The translations under genes were made by a program, and so were the position numbers. The notes under the pieces are model-generated. The model was given only the letters and a program-made list of their open reading frames with translations. It ran no database searches and was not told where the DNA came from. Shown here one piece after another: positions 37,871 through 51,159 of a DNA stretch of 64,000 nucleotides; position 1 is the first letter of the stretch, and every line of letters starts with the position of its first letter. The stretch is taken from NCBI RefSeq assembly GCF_001194135.2, contig NC_068986.1:77858701-77922700 (forward strand), in the 5' to 3' direction. The DNA comes from Octopus bimaculoides (taxonomy: Eukaryota).

Positions 37871-39216
37871 AGGATGATTCTACTAGAGCAGCTTATGATA
37901 TTTATCATTTTTATGACTGTTTTAACTTTTAACATGCTGGTTTGGCTTGCGTTAGATGTGTCCAGTTGATAGCCTCTTGTTACTCTGCCCTATTACTTTT
38001 AAGATTTAGGATAACTGCCTTGTTTTGCATTTTCATTGGCTAACTTCACTGTTGTGATCTGATCACCATGAGCCACCAGCTGATATAATTTTCCTCACAT
38101 TTCACAAAATCTCAATCTTTCCTTGTAATCAGTTTCTAATATCTAACATTTATTTCTCCCATATATATATATATATATATATANNNNNNNNNNNNNNNNN
38201 NNNNNNNNNNNNNNNNNNNNNNNNNNNNNNNNNNNNNNNNNNNNNNNNNNNNNNNNNNNNNNNNNNNNNNNNNNNNNNNNNNNNNNNNNNNNNNNNNNNN
38301 NNNNNNNNNNNNNNNNNNNNNNNNNNNNNNNNNNNNNNNNNNNNNNNNNNNNNNNNNNNNNNNNNNNNNNNNNNNNNNNNNNNNNNNNNNNNNNNNNNNN
38401 NNNNNNNNNNNNNNNNNNNNNNNNNNNNNNNNNNNNNNNNNNNNNNNNNNNNNNNNNNNNNNNNNNNNNNNNNNNNNNNNNNNNNNNNNNNNNNNNNNNN
38501 NNNNNNNNNNNNNNNNNNNNNNNNNNNNNNNNNNNNNNNNNNNNNNNNNNNNNNNNNNNNNNNNNNNNNNNNNNNNNNNNNNNNNNNNNNNNNNNNNNNN
38601 NNNNNNNNNNNNNNNNNNNNNNNNNNNNNNNNNNNNNNNNNNNNNNNNNNNNNNNNNNNNNNNNNNNNNNNNNNNNNNNNNNNNNNNNNNNNNNNNNNNN
38701 NNNNNNNNNNNNNNNNNNNNNNNNNNNNNNNNNNNNNNNNNNNNNNNNNNNNNNNNNNNNNNNNNNNNNNNNNNNNNNNNNNNNNNNNNNNNNTATATAT
38801 ATATGTATGTGTACGTTTGCATGTGTGTATTTTTGAGTATCCTTGTCTTGAAATCTTGTGGTGGTTGTAAATGAATATTTCTATCTGGCCCATACAAGCT
38901 TGGAAAACAATTATGATAATGGTGATGATGCCATATAAAAAAAACATCTAGTATACTCTGTTAAGTGGTTGGTGTTAGGATGGATATCCAGCCATAGAAT
39001 CCATGCCAAAAGCTGCCAATAGAGCTTGGTGCAGTCCTCTGGTTTGCCAACTCTGTCTGACCAACCAGCTCATGCCAACAGACATTAAATGATGCTAATG
39101 TTGATCATTAATTAATTCATTCATTCATTCATTCATACATGCATGCATGCATACATACATACATACATACATACATGCATTCATACATACATACATACAT
39201 ACATACATACATACAT

Positions 39217-39405
39217 GAAATCAGCTGCCCAGCAGATGTTAACATAAAGCTGAAGATCAGTGAAATAGAGAATGCCTATGCTAACCTATTGAGAAATTTG
39301 CAGTTACTCTATCCAGATTACAAGTACAGGTTTATACCTGTAACTGTTGAGGCACTGAGATATGTAATACACTGCCAAAATACCAATCTTAAGAAATTAG
39401 GCTTC
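39217..39405 (+). mobile_element. R4/Dong-type LINE relic, restriction-like endonuclease C-terminus
   Basis: Translates EISCPADVNIKLKISEIENAYANLLRNLQLLYPDYKYRFIPVTVEALRYV. Confidence 0.65.
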
Positions 39406-39406
39406 T

Positions 39407-39830
39407 GTGTATTTTATGTGCCACCCGCACAAGAGCCAGTCCAGGGGCATTGGCAACAATCACGCTCGAAAATCCTACGAAGGCCAGTCAGGCGGTACTG
39501 GCAATGGCCACGTTCAAAATGGTGTATTTTATGTGCCACCCGCACAAGAACCAGTCCAGGGGCACTGGCAACGATCTCACTCGAAAATCCTTTCACATGT
39601 CATGGGCACAAGTGCCAGAAAGGCGACGCTGGGCACAGGTGCTATCTTGATTTCACTTTCGCTTGCCTTAATAAGTCTTCCAAGCTGAGTTTCGTGTCCA
39701 ATGAAGGAGACGGCGTTGGCACGGGTGCCAGTCGTCGAATTTAGTTCGATTTCACATGCCTCAATAAGTCTTCACAAGCGGAATTTAGTGTCCAATGTAG
39801 GAAAGGTACGCATAACTGGGCTGGCTACAC
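39407..39830. repeat. GC-richer interspersed repeat with internal duplications (about 115-bp unit, 1.6 copies)
   Basis: GTGTATTTTATGTGCCACCCGCACAAGA starts at both 39407 and 39522. A second imperfect duplication lies at about 39645-39810. Confidence 0.6.
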
Positions 39831-39881
39831 CCCTGGCAGAGACCTTGGATTTAGGTCTCACTGAGTAACCAGTTGCATGTA

Positions 39882-39934
<53 letters not shown>

Positions 39935-40085
39935 CATGTATCTGAAAAAGAAGCACACTCTAAAACATAAAGCAGTAATGCATTTATAAGTAGTGGAGTC
40001 CACGTCCAGTCATAGAGTAACCAATGATTTCACGCCCACAAAAGCCTTAGCCAGAGGGGACATGAGTTACTTTTGTTTTCAGCTT

Positions 40086-40150
40086 TAGAGTCTGATGAGG
40101 CATTCACAGAGCTAATGACTTTGTGGATGTGAAACCATTGGTCTACTCTA
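40086..40150 (+). ncRNA. Type I hammerhead motif with long helix II (probably decayed)
   Basis: TAGAGT CTGATGA g GCATTCACAGA-gctaatgac-TTTGTGGATGT GAAA CCATTG GTC t ACTCTA. Helix II has 11 pairs (3 G-U) and helix III is ACCATTGGT. There is one extra base after the core and one after GUC. Confidence 0.65.
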
Positions 40151-40180
40151 TGACCGAACTTAGATTCAACTACTTATATA

Positions 40181-40234
<54 letters not shown>

Positions 40235-40370
40235 TATCTTGCTATGACATTGCAATACTAATAACTTGGAGTAGAACTAAATGCACATATGCTTCAGACT
40301 AGTGGAGTACAGAATGGTAATAAGAAATTAAGATGACATAGGAATAAACAATTATCTTATTAACTTCATT

Positions 40371-40451
40371 AGCTTACAGCTGTTTCTGCAATATGAAGCA
40401 GTTGACTCATAGTTGAGTGTCTGAGTATCACATTATAGCTTCATCAGAGCT
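40371..40451 (-). ncRNA. Type I hammerhead motif in the sense strand of the Cav3 intron
   Basis: Minus strand AGCT CTGATGA [54-nt imperfect helix II] GAAA CAGCT GTA AGCT. Helix III is the perfect palindrome ACAGCTGT. GUA triplet, 4-bp helix I. Confidence 0.7.
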
Positions 40452-41551
40452 TCAAGCATTGAGTCCACTGCATCATATATATATGAAGTTAAATGAAGAG
40501 TAGGAAGTTAATAATTATTTATTATTGACAAATTGGTCATCTTTACTTCTTACAGCCATTTCAGTTAATACTGAATAATTTAATTACAAATCTGTGCATT
40601 AAATTTACATTTATGCAACATGAGCATAATTTCATCAGAGAAAAAGATATACCTTGAGTCTGCTGAAATGAACTGATAGGTTGGCATGTTACATCTCAAG
40701 GAAGACGATATATATATGTATATATATACATATATATATTTGAATCCTTGTGACTTAGTCGTTTAGCAAAGGCATAGGATAAGTACCAGATATATAAAAA
40801 ATTGTGATGAGATATTGTTCCATTTGTTTTGTCTCTAGAGTGGCTGAGTTCCTTTTGAGCATTGGGCCTCACAAAGGAAATGACAAAGATCTTTGGCTTT
40901 ATGTCATGCTTGAGAAGAAGACCCATCAAGCCAAGCAATTTTGCAGTCATGGCAGATACTGGTGTCACACAAATGGCCACCATGCCGGTAACACATAAAA
41001 GTATCCATTACACTCTCTATGCAGTTGGCATTATGAAGTGCATCCAGCTGTAGAAAACCATGTCAAATGTGACTGGAGTCTGGTGCAGCCTTCTAGCGTG
41101 CCAGCCCAGGCAAACCATTCGACTCAGCATGGACAACGGACATTAAATGATGATGATGGTTTTGATGACAATGTGGAATTAAATCAGAGAATGAAATATA
41201 GTTGGTGAAATATTAAATATTTCCTCATTTCATGATATACAAAGATATTGTATTGACTCTTGATAATGCTGACAAATTCCAGTGTCTTAATTTATTTCTA
41301 GGAATTCTATTTAGTTTGCAATGTTGCTAAGTCATAGTTTTTTAAATCATAACAGTCACTGCTTGCCACTGCCCACCCACTTTATTATTAGTATTAGGGC
41401 CAGGTCTCTGATTTGAGACTGCCTTCCTCGACTAGTTTCAAAGGCCCTGTGAAAAGATTAAGGAGCCATAGACACTGCCTTTCTCTCTCAGATTAAAAGG
41501 AAAGCAGCATAACTTAGTAGCTTTTCTCTCCTGTTGCTGCCGTTGTTATTG

Positions 41552-41597
<46 letters not shown>

Positions 41598-42533
41598 AAT
41601 AGCAATGAAAAGTGACAAATGATTAAAGACTATGCTGGGACAGATCCATCTAACCCATGCCAATATGAAAAAGAAAGATGCCAGTTGATCATGATGAAGA
41701 CAACCATGATGATGAGGATGTTGAGGATACTGTAATGTTTTGTATTATTGTTAACTTATTTAAATTGTTGTAAACTACTGAACCTGAAATGGTAGGAGCT
41801 ATGTGGGTTATACTGCATGTAAGTTTCATTGTGTGTCTATGGTGAGTATGTGTGACATGTGTAAAGCCAGTGATGAAGTGTATTATTTTGAATAGTCTAA
41901 ATATTTTTGCAGCTTGTAACAAAAGAAATCAAGAGCTCAACTGGAATGGAAGCATTGTTTGCAAACTTGCATCAGATTATCTTTATTTGATTAAATGATA
42001 AATGAAGTGCTGATGAGAACTCTGGGTGTTAAATCATTTCCATGTATTAATTAGGATAATGATACTTTGCTATGGAGGAGAGGATGTCAAATTAAATAAG
42101 CCAGTATTTTACATCCTGTTTCTTGGTCATGTATTTATGGTAACATCACTTGTGCTGGTGCAATGAAAAAAGTACTCTGTATATGTTTGGAAATTAGGAA
42201 GAACATCCAGTCATAGAAACTATGCCAAAACAAACATAGGAGCATGGTGCAGTTGTCAGGCCCATCAGATTCTACCCAGCAGTCCAGCCTGTATCAGGAG
42301 GAAAGATAGACATTAAAAGATGATGATGAACAATTCTTGGGTTAAATGTTTAACTGAATGATAAATGTAAAAGATTTTTTCCCTTTGAATTTAAACTGAA
42401 TGCTTCTTTCTTGATCTGATTTTCAGAAAACTGTATTTATTTATTGATATTATTTTGATATACAGAGTAAAAACTTAATAGTACATAAAAAACACTGTAG
42501 GACAAGAGTTTAATGAAAAAAAAACACTCTTAC

Positions 42534-42685
42534 CTTAATACTACAATAAAACCATCAAATAAATTGAACCCGTCACTAATGTATCCAAAAAGACCATACG
42601 CTGCAACTTTGAGCAGCATCTCAACAGCAAAAAGAAAACTGAAGACTATATTGCTGTATTCTAATGCTTGTGTCAATTCTTCTGG
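42534..42685 (-). CDS. Cav3: Cav3 (T-type calcium channel alpha-1) internal exon, domain II S1-S3, 152 bp
   Basis: Translates [50 protein letters not shown] plus AG. This closely resembles CACNA1G [26 protein letters not shown]...NIFDGVIVVIS (recalled). Acceptor ttgcag| and donor |gtaaga; phase 0 start, phase 2 end. Confidence 0.96.
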
Positions 42686-43479
42686 CTGCAAATAAAATAT
42701 GAAAAGTGAGAAATAAATAACAAAAATGTAAAAGTGTATTGTGTATGTTTTATGAAAGGATAGAATCTTTGTCACATCAAAAATTAAATAATTAACAAAA
42801 TTACCATTACATCAAAATTACCATTACATCAAATGAAATTACAAGTATTTCATCATAAATTAATGGATAAAGAAATCTATATTTATTTGGCACGTTCAAA
42901 ATTTGCTTTATGTAAAGATCAATAAAAAGAGATTTGTGCAATTTTATGAGGACATCGTTTTATAGAAAATGTGTAGATTTTATGTTGTATTGACTCTAAG
43001 ACCTCAGTGCAGAATAAAGAAAGTTTGTATAGATTGGAAGGGAATAAAATACAGGTGAATGTATAATGAGAATTTGAAGAAAATTTGGTTAAAGAAACTG
43101 ATGCAAATTAAAAGTATTGCTTCTCCTCAAAAATGAAAGGTGCTGATTACTGAGATATCGAAACTATCCAGATATGTAAGTCATGTGCTATTTAATAATA
43201 TTATTAACCATGTTGTTATTACAGTGCTATCATTAATAACTGGCAGAGCAGTGTCATTGTTAATAGCTACAAGAGCAACAAAGATTAACTGGACAGATAC
43301 AATTACAAATGTATCAAACTGTAGTAATCTGATATGAAAGTCTCTGAGATTGCTTTTAGCAAAATGAGTTCTGAATGGATTGATCTATATAACATCCACT
43401 CAGGTGGGGGAACAGCACATCCTGTATTTAGTGAAATATCTGTAAGAGAAGTTCTTTGCTAAGGAAAAACCATTTCTTT

Positions 43480-44400
43480 GTATCTGACAATCCTGTAGAA
43501 GCTTTGGACAGAGTCTCATATGTTGTAATCGGGTGGGTGTTAAGTGTGCATGAATAGATTATGAGTGTTATGATGTTATTAAAGAAAGTGCTATTATCAA
43601 GGCCCTAGTTAGGGGTGAGTTCAGTGAGAAATTTATTGTATACAGGGCAGTGCTCACCAGAACTCATCGTCTATTATAGCTCTTGAGTCTATAATTTAAG
43701 ATTTGCATGTTGATGACCAGGTTTTTACAGAAAAATCTAGCAGAAAGTTGCAAAAATGTCTCATGGTCTAGAGTCCAATGGTCCAAAAGTCAACATGGCA
43801 AAGATCAAAGTATTCATTAATAAAACAGAGCATGACATACTACTTCCACCTGGGAAGTAGTCAAACGTGTAGGGAAAGAGTTGACAGGAACTGGATATTG
43901 TGTACTTAGTGTTAGAAATGAATACACAAAGTATAGTAACAAAGAATTAAAACTTCAGCTGTATTAAATGCACAGAAATAGTTATCAGTAAGAAATGAAG
44001 ATGATGGACAGTTTGGATAGCTAACTAGATGTAGCTGATAATTTATGTTATTTGGATGGAGGGAAAAAGTTTACTGTGTTAGGAAGGGATGGAAAAGTTC
44101 AGGGACATGTTTCATTTACTGACAATAAAGACTTGCTCTTTGGATGTGAATGGAGTGGGTATGATGTATGAAAAGATTGATACCACAGAACAGTGTGATG
44201 TGGACATCGAATATGTAAGATCTGTACAAGCTGGAGAGACCTGTATGTATAATGGATGCTTAAAATTAATCTGCATGAAAAGTGGAGAACAGTAAGATTA
44301 GAGAGTGACTGAACATTAAAGGTAGATGTTCAAATATGTTGCCTATACACCTATATTGGCATGGACATTTAATATATATATGGATGATTAATGTGAAATG
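43480..44400 (+). mobile_element. Old, heavily mutated RTE LINE
   Basis: Residual EALDRV, KVNMAKIKV and MEKFRDMFHLLTIK motifs align conceptually with the RTE fragment at 26953. Confidence 0.55.
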
Positions 44401-45360
44401 AAGAATTGCTCTCTGCTGTTGGTGAAATATTTGAAGAAGAGAAATAAATTCTAAGATATGGGATTATATTTAAATCTCTGAACTTTAGAGAATACATGAT
44501 GATAAATTGACAAAATGCTGTACAGCATATCTACTTAACCCAGAAGGGAAAATGAACAACAAAACACTTATAATGGTGACTATGATGACCTAGAACAACT
44601 AGATGAAAGAAAGCATAGGTCTGATCATACTCAAGCTGCTTAAAGAAAACATTGAAGGAATGTCTGTGCTGAGGGGCAGTTTAAAATGTGGCTGAGAGTA
44701 AATCATGATCAACCAGTTTGGACAACAAATTGACTGTGTATAGAGTTAAATTAGAATGAATCTGTTATTTAGAACTATTAAAATTATGGAATTAAATAAT
44801 TAAATGAAAATTATTGCTGCACAAGTGATTTGTAAAGGTAAGTTTTTGACACCCACTATCAACTTTGCAAATGTAAAACAATAACTCCAAAAAATTTGAT
44901 GGGCACAGTTTGTTGTCATAGTCTCAACTACTTACTGGCAAACTCCTCACTGAACACATCTACAACATTTAGAACACTACTGCACTTCTATACTAAAGCA
45001 CTCTCTTTCCAAAACATCAACAGCCTCATTATTTTTATAAATACAGATAACTAACAACTGTTGTACCTGCTTCCATTGTGCCCACCACCAACATTTACAG
45101 GCATAGAAATAGAATTGTGGAGAGAGCATAAAATGTTTAGACTGCAGTCAAAAGCAAGATTGTATAATAAATATTGCTTCTAAGTTAATTTGTTTCGTTT
45201 CATAAATAGTAGTTGAAATTCTTGTTTAGTTTTGCGGCAAGCCCTTATGATCAAAGGCATTCTAGTCATGGTCACACCATCTTATTTTCAGGCTGCATAG
45301 CTATAGAACCAAATTATCCAATGTACTTTTCCATTTTTTAAAATGTAAGTTGAGTGAGAT

Positions 45361-45590
45361 TTAGCCCTTTTGTTACTATATTTCAGTTGAAATATACCAA
45401 CTTTGTTTCAGTTAGTTTTAAAAATAGTGAAAAAGTTTCACAAATAACTATCACTATTAAACTGTTGTTTAGAACATAAATTAGCTGAAATTTTGGCGGA
45501 ATATTTTAACTTAAATACACTTTAAAACCAAAGGTTTGTATCATGGAACCAGGGGTTGGCTTCTGGTGGGTTTGTATCAAAACAGTTTAC
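45361..45590. mobile_element. Possible second piggyBac-like MITE family, decayed
   Basis: Left end TTAGCCCTTTTG; the right end is only weakly complementary. Confidence 0.3.
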
Positions 45591-45779
45591 TGTTCTTTTT
45601 AGAGAGTCTGAGTAACCACTAAGAGGTTTGAGTGTTGACTTGTTGAAACGCTGCTTTTTGATGACAATAGTGATGATTAAATTTGTGAAATTGAGTCTGT
45701 GTTGTTAATTCTAATTTTCTATTATGAATATTAATATGGACTTTACTGGGGATTAAAAGTTGACACCATTATTAAGGCA

Positions 45780-46955
45780 GTGAAGGCAGTGAGCTGGCCG
45801 AATCATTAGCAGTACAGGCAAAATGCTTAGCAGTATTTTGTCTGTCTTTATGTTCTGAGTTCAAAAGTTTTCAGTGTTGATTTTGCCTTTCATCCTTTTA
45901 GGGTTTATAAAATAAGTACTAGTTGAGCACTGGCATCGATCTAATTGACTAAGACTTCCTCTGAAATTGCTGGCCCTGCACCAAAATCTGAAATCATTAC
46001 TAAGGCAGTGAGCTGACAGAATTGTTGCCCAAAATGCTTAGCAGCATTTATTCCAGCTGTTTACATTCTGAGTTCAAATTTAACTGAGGTCAACTTGGTT
46101 TTTCCTCCTTTTGGGGATTGATAATAAAATAAGTACCATTTGAGTACTGTGGCTGATGTAACTGACATGCTCTGTTTGCTAAAATTTGCCGATGGTATGC
46201 CAAAATTTGAAACTATTACAGGTCACATCCTTCAAAAGATAATCCTGAGTTACTCCCTCATTATCGTATATTAGAACAAGATATTTTTTCAGTTAAAGCA
46301 TTATTATAATGGTTTCAAATTTTTCCAAAAGGGCAACAATTTTGGAGGAGGGGATGAGTCAATTACATCGATGCTAGTGTTCAACTGGTACTTATTTTAT
46401 TGACCCCGAAAGGATGAAAAGTAAAGTTGACCTCGGTAGAATTTGAACTCAAAACGTAACGACGGCTGAAATACCACTAAGCATTTTGTCCGGCATGCTA
46501 ATGATTCTGCCACCTTATATATCATTATTATAATAAGAAGAATTGGGAGGCTGGTGCCAATGCTAAAAGATTTATTCAGTCATATTACTTTACTGTCTTG
46601 TAAGAAGTGATTTCCAATAAAAGAAAGGAATTTGTTAGTGCTGGTTTTCAATTTGAATATGGGTGAAAGTGTTTCATACCTCTGAAACAGAGGCCCCCTC
46701 ATTACTTCATAAGTTCTAGTACTATATTAAGGTGGATTTAAAGATGATGAGTTGGCAGAATCGTTAGCATGCTGGGCAAAATGCTTTGCAGCATTTCATC
46801 CATCCCTACTTTCAAATTCTGTTGAGATTGACTTTGCCTTTCATCCTTTCGGGGCTGATGAAATAAGTATCAGTTGAGCACTGGGGTTGATATAATTGAC
46901 TTACTCCTGCCCCTGAAATTGCTGGCCTTTTACCAAAGTTTTAAACCATATTAAG
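45780..46955. mobile_element. Cluster of four SINE-like copies in mixed orientation (+,+,-,+)
   Basis: Copies at about 45785-46000 (+), 46005-46220 (+), 46308-46515 (-) and 46745-46950 (+). Confidence 0.75.
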
Positions 46956-49900
46956 GTGAATTCAATCTACTATGCTAAAGTTTTATAGAATTGCTACCAG
47001 TGAATTAAAACTGGGTGTATATGAAGAAGCACATGTCATAATGCGTAAAATATTAAAGATGAACACTTGTATTTTAGCAAAAAACAAAGTTGGAAATGTG
47101 AATGCTTTCTTTGATTGAAGTTATTTACTTTTTCCATTGCAAGCAAATCTACACAAGAGAATAATGGAAAGTGGAAAAAATAAATAAATAAAAGGAAACA
47201 AATTTAGACACTTTTATATTATTCTCAGAAAGAAATTCCAAGAAAGTTTTGCTCACAGTTACAAAATTGTCTGGATTCATGTAGAAGTTATTTATTTTAT
47301 TTCTGTTGCGAAAAAAAAAAGCTCTAAGCATGTAAACTAGAAAAGCTACATTATGTCAACCTCTAGAATATACCATCCTTAAGTATAGTAACTTTTATTA
47401 ATAAAATGGAGAAATAAGAAAGTTGCTGCTGTTTCATCATGAAATCAGTGCTTATGACCTGGCTGATATCAGAAAGTAGAGAAAACCATTTGGTATCTGC
47501 TGTTATAATTTCTAGTTTTAAATGATATCTTTATGGATGGGAAAATGTGTGATCTTTATTCCCTTTTACTCATTTAGGTATCTCATTTCATGGACTGCAG
47601 CTATGCTGGGGTGCTAAATTGCAATGCAGTTACTGTCTACCAATTTTGTAGACAATAGCTGCATGGAATCCCATGCAGTTGGATTTGTTCAGCTGTAGGC
47701 GCAGTAATAAAAAAAATGGAAAACAGTTCAAAGTGCTGTGTAGCAGGACAGAACTCAGAACCACACAGTTGCAAAATTAACTACATAACTACACAGACAG
47801 CTCTATGTGTTGTGTTATTTGTTTTAATATAATAAATTTAAAGCAAGCAATTATTCAAGGAATGGAAATTGTAAAAATACCATTATTACAAACTTCACAC
47901 TGAACATAACTGTTTCTCTGAAGAATTACTTCTTTATAAACTAGTTTATTATGAAACTATTTCATGATGTCAATGGTAGAAAACAACTGTTTTACTATTG
48001 CTATGGAATAACTATGCTATAAAGCAACTGTCTAAATATCTATAATGAAAGCATACAGAACATTCTCTTTAGAAAAATGTTCTTTAATAGAAATACAATG
48101 AAACAGAAGATAATGATTTCCTCAAAGGAAAATATCTGGAACATTCTATGACAATAAAATTCATGTGGAACAATCCATTTACTGCAGTACAATTTAATGG
48201 AAACAGCGTTTAATTATAACTTTCTTGAAACTTGAAGGAAAGACTTTGAAAAAGAAAAAAAGTATGAAAAAATGAAAAAAGCAAGTGAAAAAAAACAAGT
48301 TTTAATTTCCTCATTTTAGATTTCCATTCTGAGGCTGTCATTGATCCTGAAGTGATGGATTAACATATAATTTCTTTTTATTGCATTTTTATATCTACTT
48401 TTCTATGTAACAACAAGGCATATGTTTCTGAAAATTTGATTATTTGTATAGAATCTTGGATGCTCTTCATAACACTTATTATTTAACAGTGATGTGTGTG
48501 AGTGATGTCTAATGTTGTTCATTAATTGTAGTCAATTCTGATCTATTCTAACAGGCTATGGCTTTTCTCTTTCTCTTTTTTTTTAATGGCTTACTCATCA
48601 GAAGAAGAAGGGCAGCATTCATAGTGTCCATGATTGATAGCAAACAAGAGAAGAAGTTATCTTTAAACTGGAGACCTTGTCCAAATGCTTGCAACAAACT
48701 GAACTGTTATGAAGATGCCCAAGGACTGGGTGGTGGTGTTAAAACACAACAGATTAAGCCTATGTTCCCAAAACAGGCTGGTCTCTCTGGCAAGCTTCCA
48801 CACTAATTCTTTTTCCTTTTTTTTTTTCTTCTTACTTGTCTAGTCTGAGAGTAACCATGCCTTTTACAGGCCAACTCAGATTAGTGAATTTGAAATCATT
48901 AATGCTTCATTAAATCCACTGCAGGTCAAGTACAAATATGGAGAAGATTCCCGAGGGTCAGTACTCTGAGGAGGAAGGATTGGGGATACTGCAAGATTGG
49001 GATATTGCAAGACTGCTTTCATTAGTTTGATGGCATTTTCAATTCCACTGAATAGAATAGGTGGCACTTCTTCCAACATTTGTATGTATATGTGTGTATG
49101 TGCATATGTATTTTTGGATACACACACACACATGTGTATGCTTATGTCTGTATATCTATCTATCTAATTATTTATCTATTATTTAGTTTAGAAATTAAAA
49201 TATTGTTTTCTCAATTATCCACAGGTGGGAGGTTGATGTCTACATATATGAAATTATAATAAGCATCTGAAGTAATTCTAGCAGGCTATTATTTGAGGAA
49301 GTAAAGAGCTGGTCTAAATATCTCTATGTAATTCTGGTGGGATTTGAACTTGAAATTTATAGGGACTAATTCCAAATAGTGTCACACATTTAATATATTG
49401 CCATTAAGCATCACACCTGTCTACTCTGAAGTATCATTAATCCTCCTCCTTTCTTCTGTAAATATTAGGATGTTAGCTATTACTATCAGTTCATCCACTA
49501 TCAACACTATTACCATTAACACTATAGTCTCATATTTGTGGCAATCATGTTGACTTCCAGCTATTAATATTTATATAGTAACACCACATTGTCCCTATAG
49601 TCCTTGGCACTAGTATTCATTCAATGATAACAATAATTATCTATACCACCACAACTGCTACTGCTTTAACCAGCTCCCCCACCACTAACACTCTAACATC
49701 ACAAGGCCACTGTCAACTGCTATTATCTTCCCCCATTATCAGGTGTTTCCCCAATCTCCCCATCCATCAACACCACTATCTCTTCTACTACCTCCACCAA
49801 CATATCAATAATATCAGTCAATAATTGATCTTCTGACATCTCAGCATTCCATACAGTTCACTATTCTTCTTCTTTCACCTCACTAGCACTAAACCAACAG

Positions 49901-51159
49901 CACCATCCTTATCATGGCCAACCAGAACTAAATCCCTCCACTAAATATCACAAAATTAACAGCCATGGTACAACCTCCATATTGATCGATTTCTTTACAT
50001 AGCTACAAGAATATATTCCATCAGGAAAGACTTTTTTTTTTTGACAGTACCCTTGAATAAAATGCATCTCCCTGAGCCATTGATGGAACCTTTGTGTGGT
50101 CATTCAACCTGCTAGAAATAGTAGCCAAATCTATCTTAAATCATCCTTGCCCCGTCATCTCGTAAGAGACTTCATTTGTTCCTTGAACACTAATGATGAG
50201 AGTTACTGAGATATAAGAAGAAAAACAAACTCTTCAGTATATGAGTTAAGAACAGAACTTCCATGTGGCATTGAATCTGCTTGATATAGTGACAATGAAA
50301 TTGACTTTAAATCATATCCTGTTATCTAAAACAAAAACAAAAAAAAAAGAAAAGTAACGATACATTAGATAATAGAGTCCACTGGGACTCTTTAGTATAG
50401 TTGAAAAAAACAACAAAAAAACAAAAGAAAAACGAAAGTGAAAGATCAGCTGGTCATTGCTGGAATTCCTTTGATCATAAGTTCCACTTGATCAAACCTG
50501 ACCTGGGACTAAACAACAACAACAATAACTGTAGCAGCAGCAGTAGCAACAACAACAATGAAAATGATAAACAAATCATTCTGTAAACCATCATCCACTT
50601 TTTGTTGGAATATTTCCTCAACAGGAAGAGCTTATATAATGTCCATGTCATTTAATATTCAGTCGATAAATATCTGTATAATGGCTGTGATCACTGAATA
50701 TTCAATGCCGCTTCATTGAATAAATGATGTTATTTTTTTACCTCTTTTCTCCAGCTTTTTTTATTTTTTTATATTGATAGTACTCTTCCATTTCTCATTT
50801 ATGATCTCAGCTGGTTGTTGTTGCTGTTGTTATGGTTGAGAAATTGTGTTCTGTTGTTGTCTTTGTTTAGCACCTAACATGTCCTGATTGAACAGTCTTA
50901 CAAAAAGCTTCCCTGCAATGACACCCTTGCCTATTTCTGTCTCAGGCACTACATGGTCAAATGTATCAGGGACTACTTAATTCAATGTATCGATGAAGTG
51001 ACTGACACAGCATTTTATCTTTGTATGGGTCAAGAAAATAAGTATCAAATAATTTACTAAAGTCATTTTTGTCAACTGTTCCCTTTTTTTTTTCCATAAT
51101 TTGTGGCAAAAAGGTATAAATGTTACAAGTTACAACTGGTTATTACTATTATCATTATT

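Larger units (their letters stand above)
34742..42533 (-). other. Cav3: Phase-2 GT-AG intron of Cav3 (7792 bp including gaps)
   Basis: Canonical donor at 42533 and acceptor at 34742 join the two exons in frame. Confidence 0.92.

Noticed and set aside
40590-40642. CTGATGA plus a 6-bp hairpin on the minus strand
   Set aside because: GTAAA stands in place of GAAA and there is no helix III or cleavage triplet.
48876-49133. 85-aa minus-strand ORF (MLEEVPPILF...)
   Set aside because: It has no acceptor, starts within a CA/TA repeat and shows no Cav3 similarity.
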